DNA of 64,000 nt from a virus. The notes under the pieces were generated by a model. That model searched no databases, was not told the origin of the DNA, and saw only the letters and a list, made by a program, of their open reading frames with translations. Location: positions 174,526-238,525 of the IMG/VR virus record IMGVR_UViG_3300045988_172839. The stretch is one strand, 5' to 3'. This document shows, piece by piece, positions 63,468 to 64,000 of this stretch; position 1 is the first letter of the stretch; every line of letters starts with the position of its first letter. The translations under genes were made by a program, and so were the position numbers.

Positions 63468-63542
63468 TCGGAATTGCAGGATTCGAACCTACGACCCCGT
63501 GTTCCCAAAACACGTGCGCTAACCAAACTGCGCTAAATTCCG
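63468..63542 (-). tRNA. tRNA-Pro (anticodon TGG)
   Basis: acceptor CGGAATT/AATTCCG, D GCGC/GCGC, anticodon arm CGTGT-TTTGGGA-ACACG, T-arm GTAGG-TTCGAAT-CCTGC. Confidence 0.9.
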
Positions 63543-63558
63543 ATAATATAAAAGGTAA

Positions 63559-63697
63559 TGAGGATAGAGGGAATTGAACCCTCGGTCATAAGCAGTCGCT
63601 GCCTTACCCCTTGGCTATACAACGACCTAGTCGTCGTAAAAGGATTCGAACCCGTGGTCTACGGTCTCTTATTGCCTTACCACTTGGCTATATCCTC
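63559..63697 (-). other. composite nested tRNA-like element (a permuted tRNA-like module inside the anticodon stem of another)
   Basis: outer 7-bp stem GAGGATA/TATCCTC; two D-arms (GCC-AAGTGGTAA-GGC, GCC-AAGGGGTAA-GGC); two T-arms (TTCGAAT, TTCAATT); inner hairpin TACGACG-ACTAGGT-CGTTGTA; ATAAG/CTTAT helix at the anticodon-stem position. Confidence 0.6.
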
Positions 63698-63789
63698 GAT
63701 AATTAAAATACGAAGAGCAAGAGATTTGCTCTAAGAACTTCTGCAACCCTCTTTCAAGCATTGCACGCCGTTGTGGCACAAAGACAAAT

Positions 63790-63891
63790 ACCACCGCAAG
63801 GATTCGAACAGTTTTCAAAGAAAACTCCGCTGATCTACCGGCTCATCTATGTAAGTCATGACTCAAACATAAGCACCATGCTATCGGTGGT
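63790..63891 (-). pseudogene. tRNA-derived element (decayed tRNA-Lys-like core closed by a new 7-bp terminal stem)
   Basis: ACCACCG/CGGTGGT terminal stem; the interior GAGCCGGTAGATCAGCGGAG..TTTTCTTTGAAAAC..TTCGAATCC resembles tRNA-Lys(TTT) but lacks a T-stem and its own acceptor. Confidence 0.3.
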
Positions 63892-63932
63892 AATCAGGAT
63901 TTAAACGTTTAAACTTCCACTTCGCAATGGAA

Positions 63933-64000
63933 CTCCACCAACTGGGTTCGAACCAGTGACATCATGATTAACAGTCATGCGCTCTACCAACTGAGCTATG
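63933..64000 (-). tRNA. tRNA-Asn (anticodon GTT), 5' end truncated by the window edge
   Basis: D GCTC/GAGC, anticodon arm CATGA-CTGTTAA-TCATG, T-arm ACTGG-TTCGAAC-CCAGT, 3' acceptor TGGTGGA. Confidence 0.8.

Noticed and set aside
968-63536. All plus-strand ORFs in the six-frame track (for example 3990..4214, 5891..6088, 14442..14708, 27000..27311, 34878..35216, 39139..39372, 55903..56190, 56650..56859, 63288..63536)
   Set aside because: Each lies antisense inside a longer minus-strand gene, or inside tRNA or structured-RNA regions (55903..56190 spans two tRNAs). None has a convincing RBS or promoter, and the whole window is otherwise strictly co-oriented. I treat them as shadow ORFs.
1-64000. 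GATACC enrichment as a simple consequence of a favoured dipeptide or codon pair
   Set aside because: The motif occurs in all three frames, encoding different peptides (GYP, GI, VS), and repeatedly in non-coding hairpin loops and tandem repeats. A peptide-level explanation is insufficient, but a formal codon-shuffled test is still needed.

Overview
AT-rich 64-kb window. Every credible gene is on the minus strand: about 85 tightly packed ORFs, 10 canonical tRNAs and one tmRNA. All plus-strand ORFs in the track look like shadow ORFs. No capsid, tail or terminase motif is recognisable. The recognisable content is accessory and replication-type: J-domain protein, HAD hydrolase, PnuC-like transporter, DUF262, ATP-grasp-like protein, Mre11/SbcD- and Rad50/SbcC-like proteins, a sliding-clamp-like protein, a TOPRIM primase-like protein, an ATP-cone protein, MazG, two YopX-like proteins, a secreted PcsB-like CHAP hydrolase, NTase-fold proteins, a MazE/AbrB-like protein, a SAM methyltransferase and a TnpB-like RuvC protein. 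Genes are punctuated by near-consensus host-type promoters (TTGACA-N17-TATAAT, often with TGn) directly preceded by hairpin terminators. My inference is an early/replication/accessory region of a large virulent phage of a Lactobacillales (Streptococcus-like) host. The unusual part is non-protein. (1) A strongly strand-polar, heavily over-represented heptamer, 5'-GGTATC(C/G) on the coding strand. (2) A tRNA/ncRNA island (about 55.7-64 kb) plus further 0.9-1.5 kb gene-free, hairpin-rich segments (39.9-41.5, 50.6-51.6, 56.3-57.2 kb). (3) A composite element in which a circularly permuted tRNA-like module sits inside the anticodon stem of another tRNA-like module. (4) A family of at least 7-9 hairpins with a conserved decaloop and covarying stems. 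(5) A 21-bp-phased array of about 19 TTAGGACAA sites, whose core also lies immediately 3' of the tnpB-like and methyltransferase genes. (6) A phage-borne tmRNA with a non-canonical tag end. All functional calls come from motifs read by eye, and no database search was possible.
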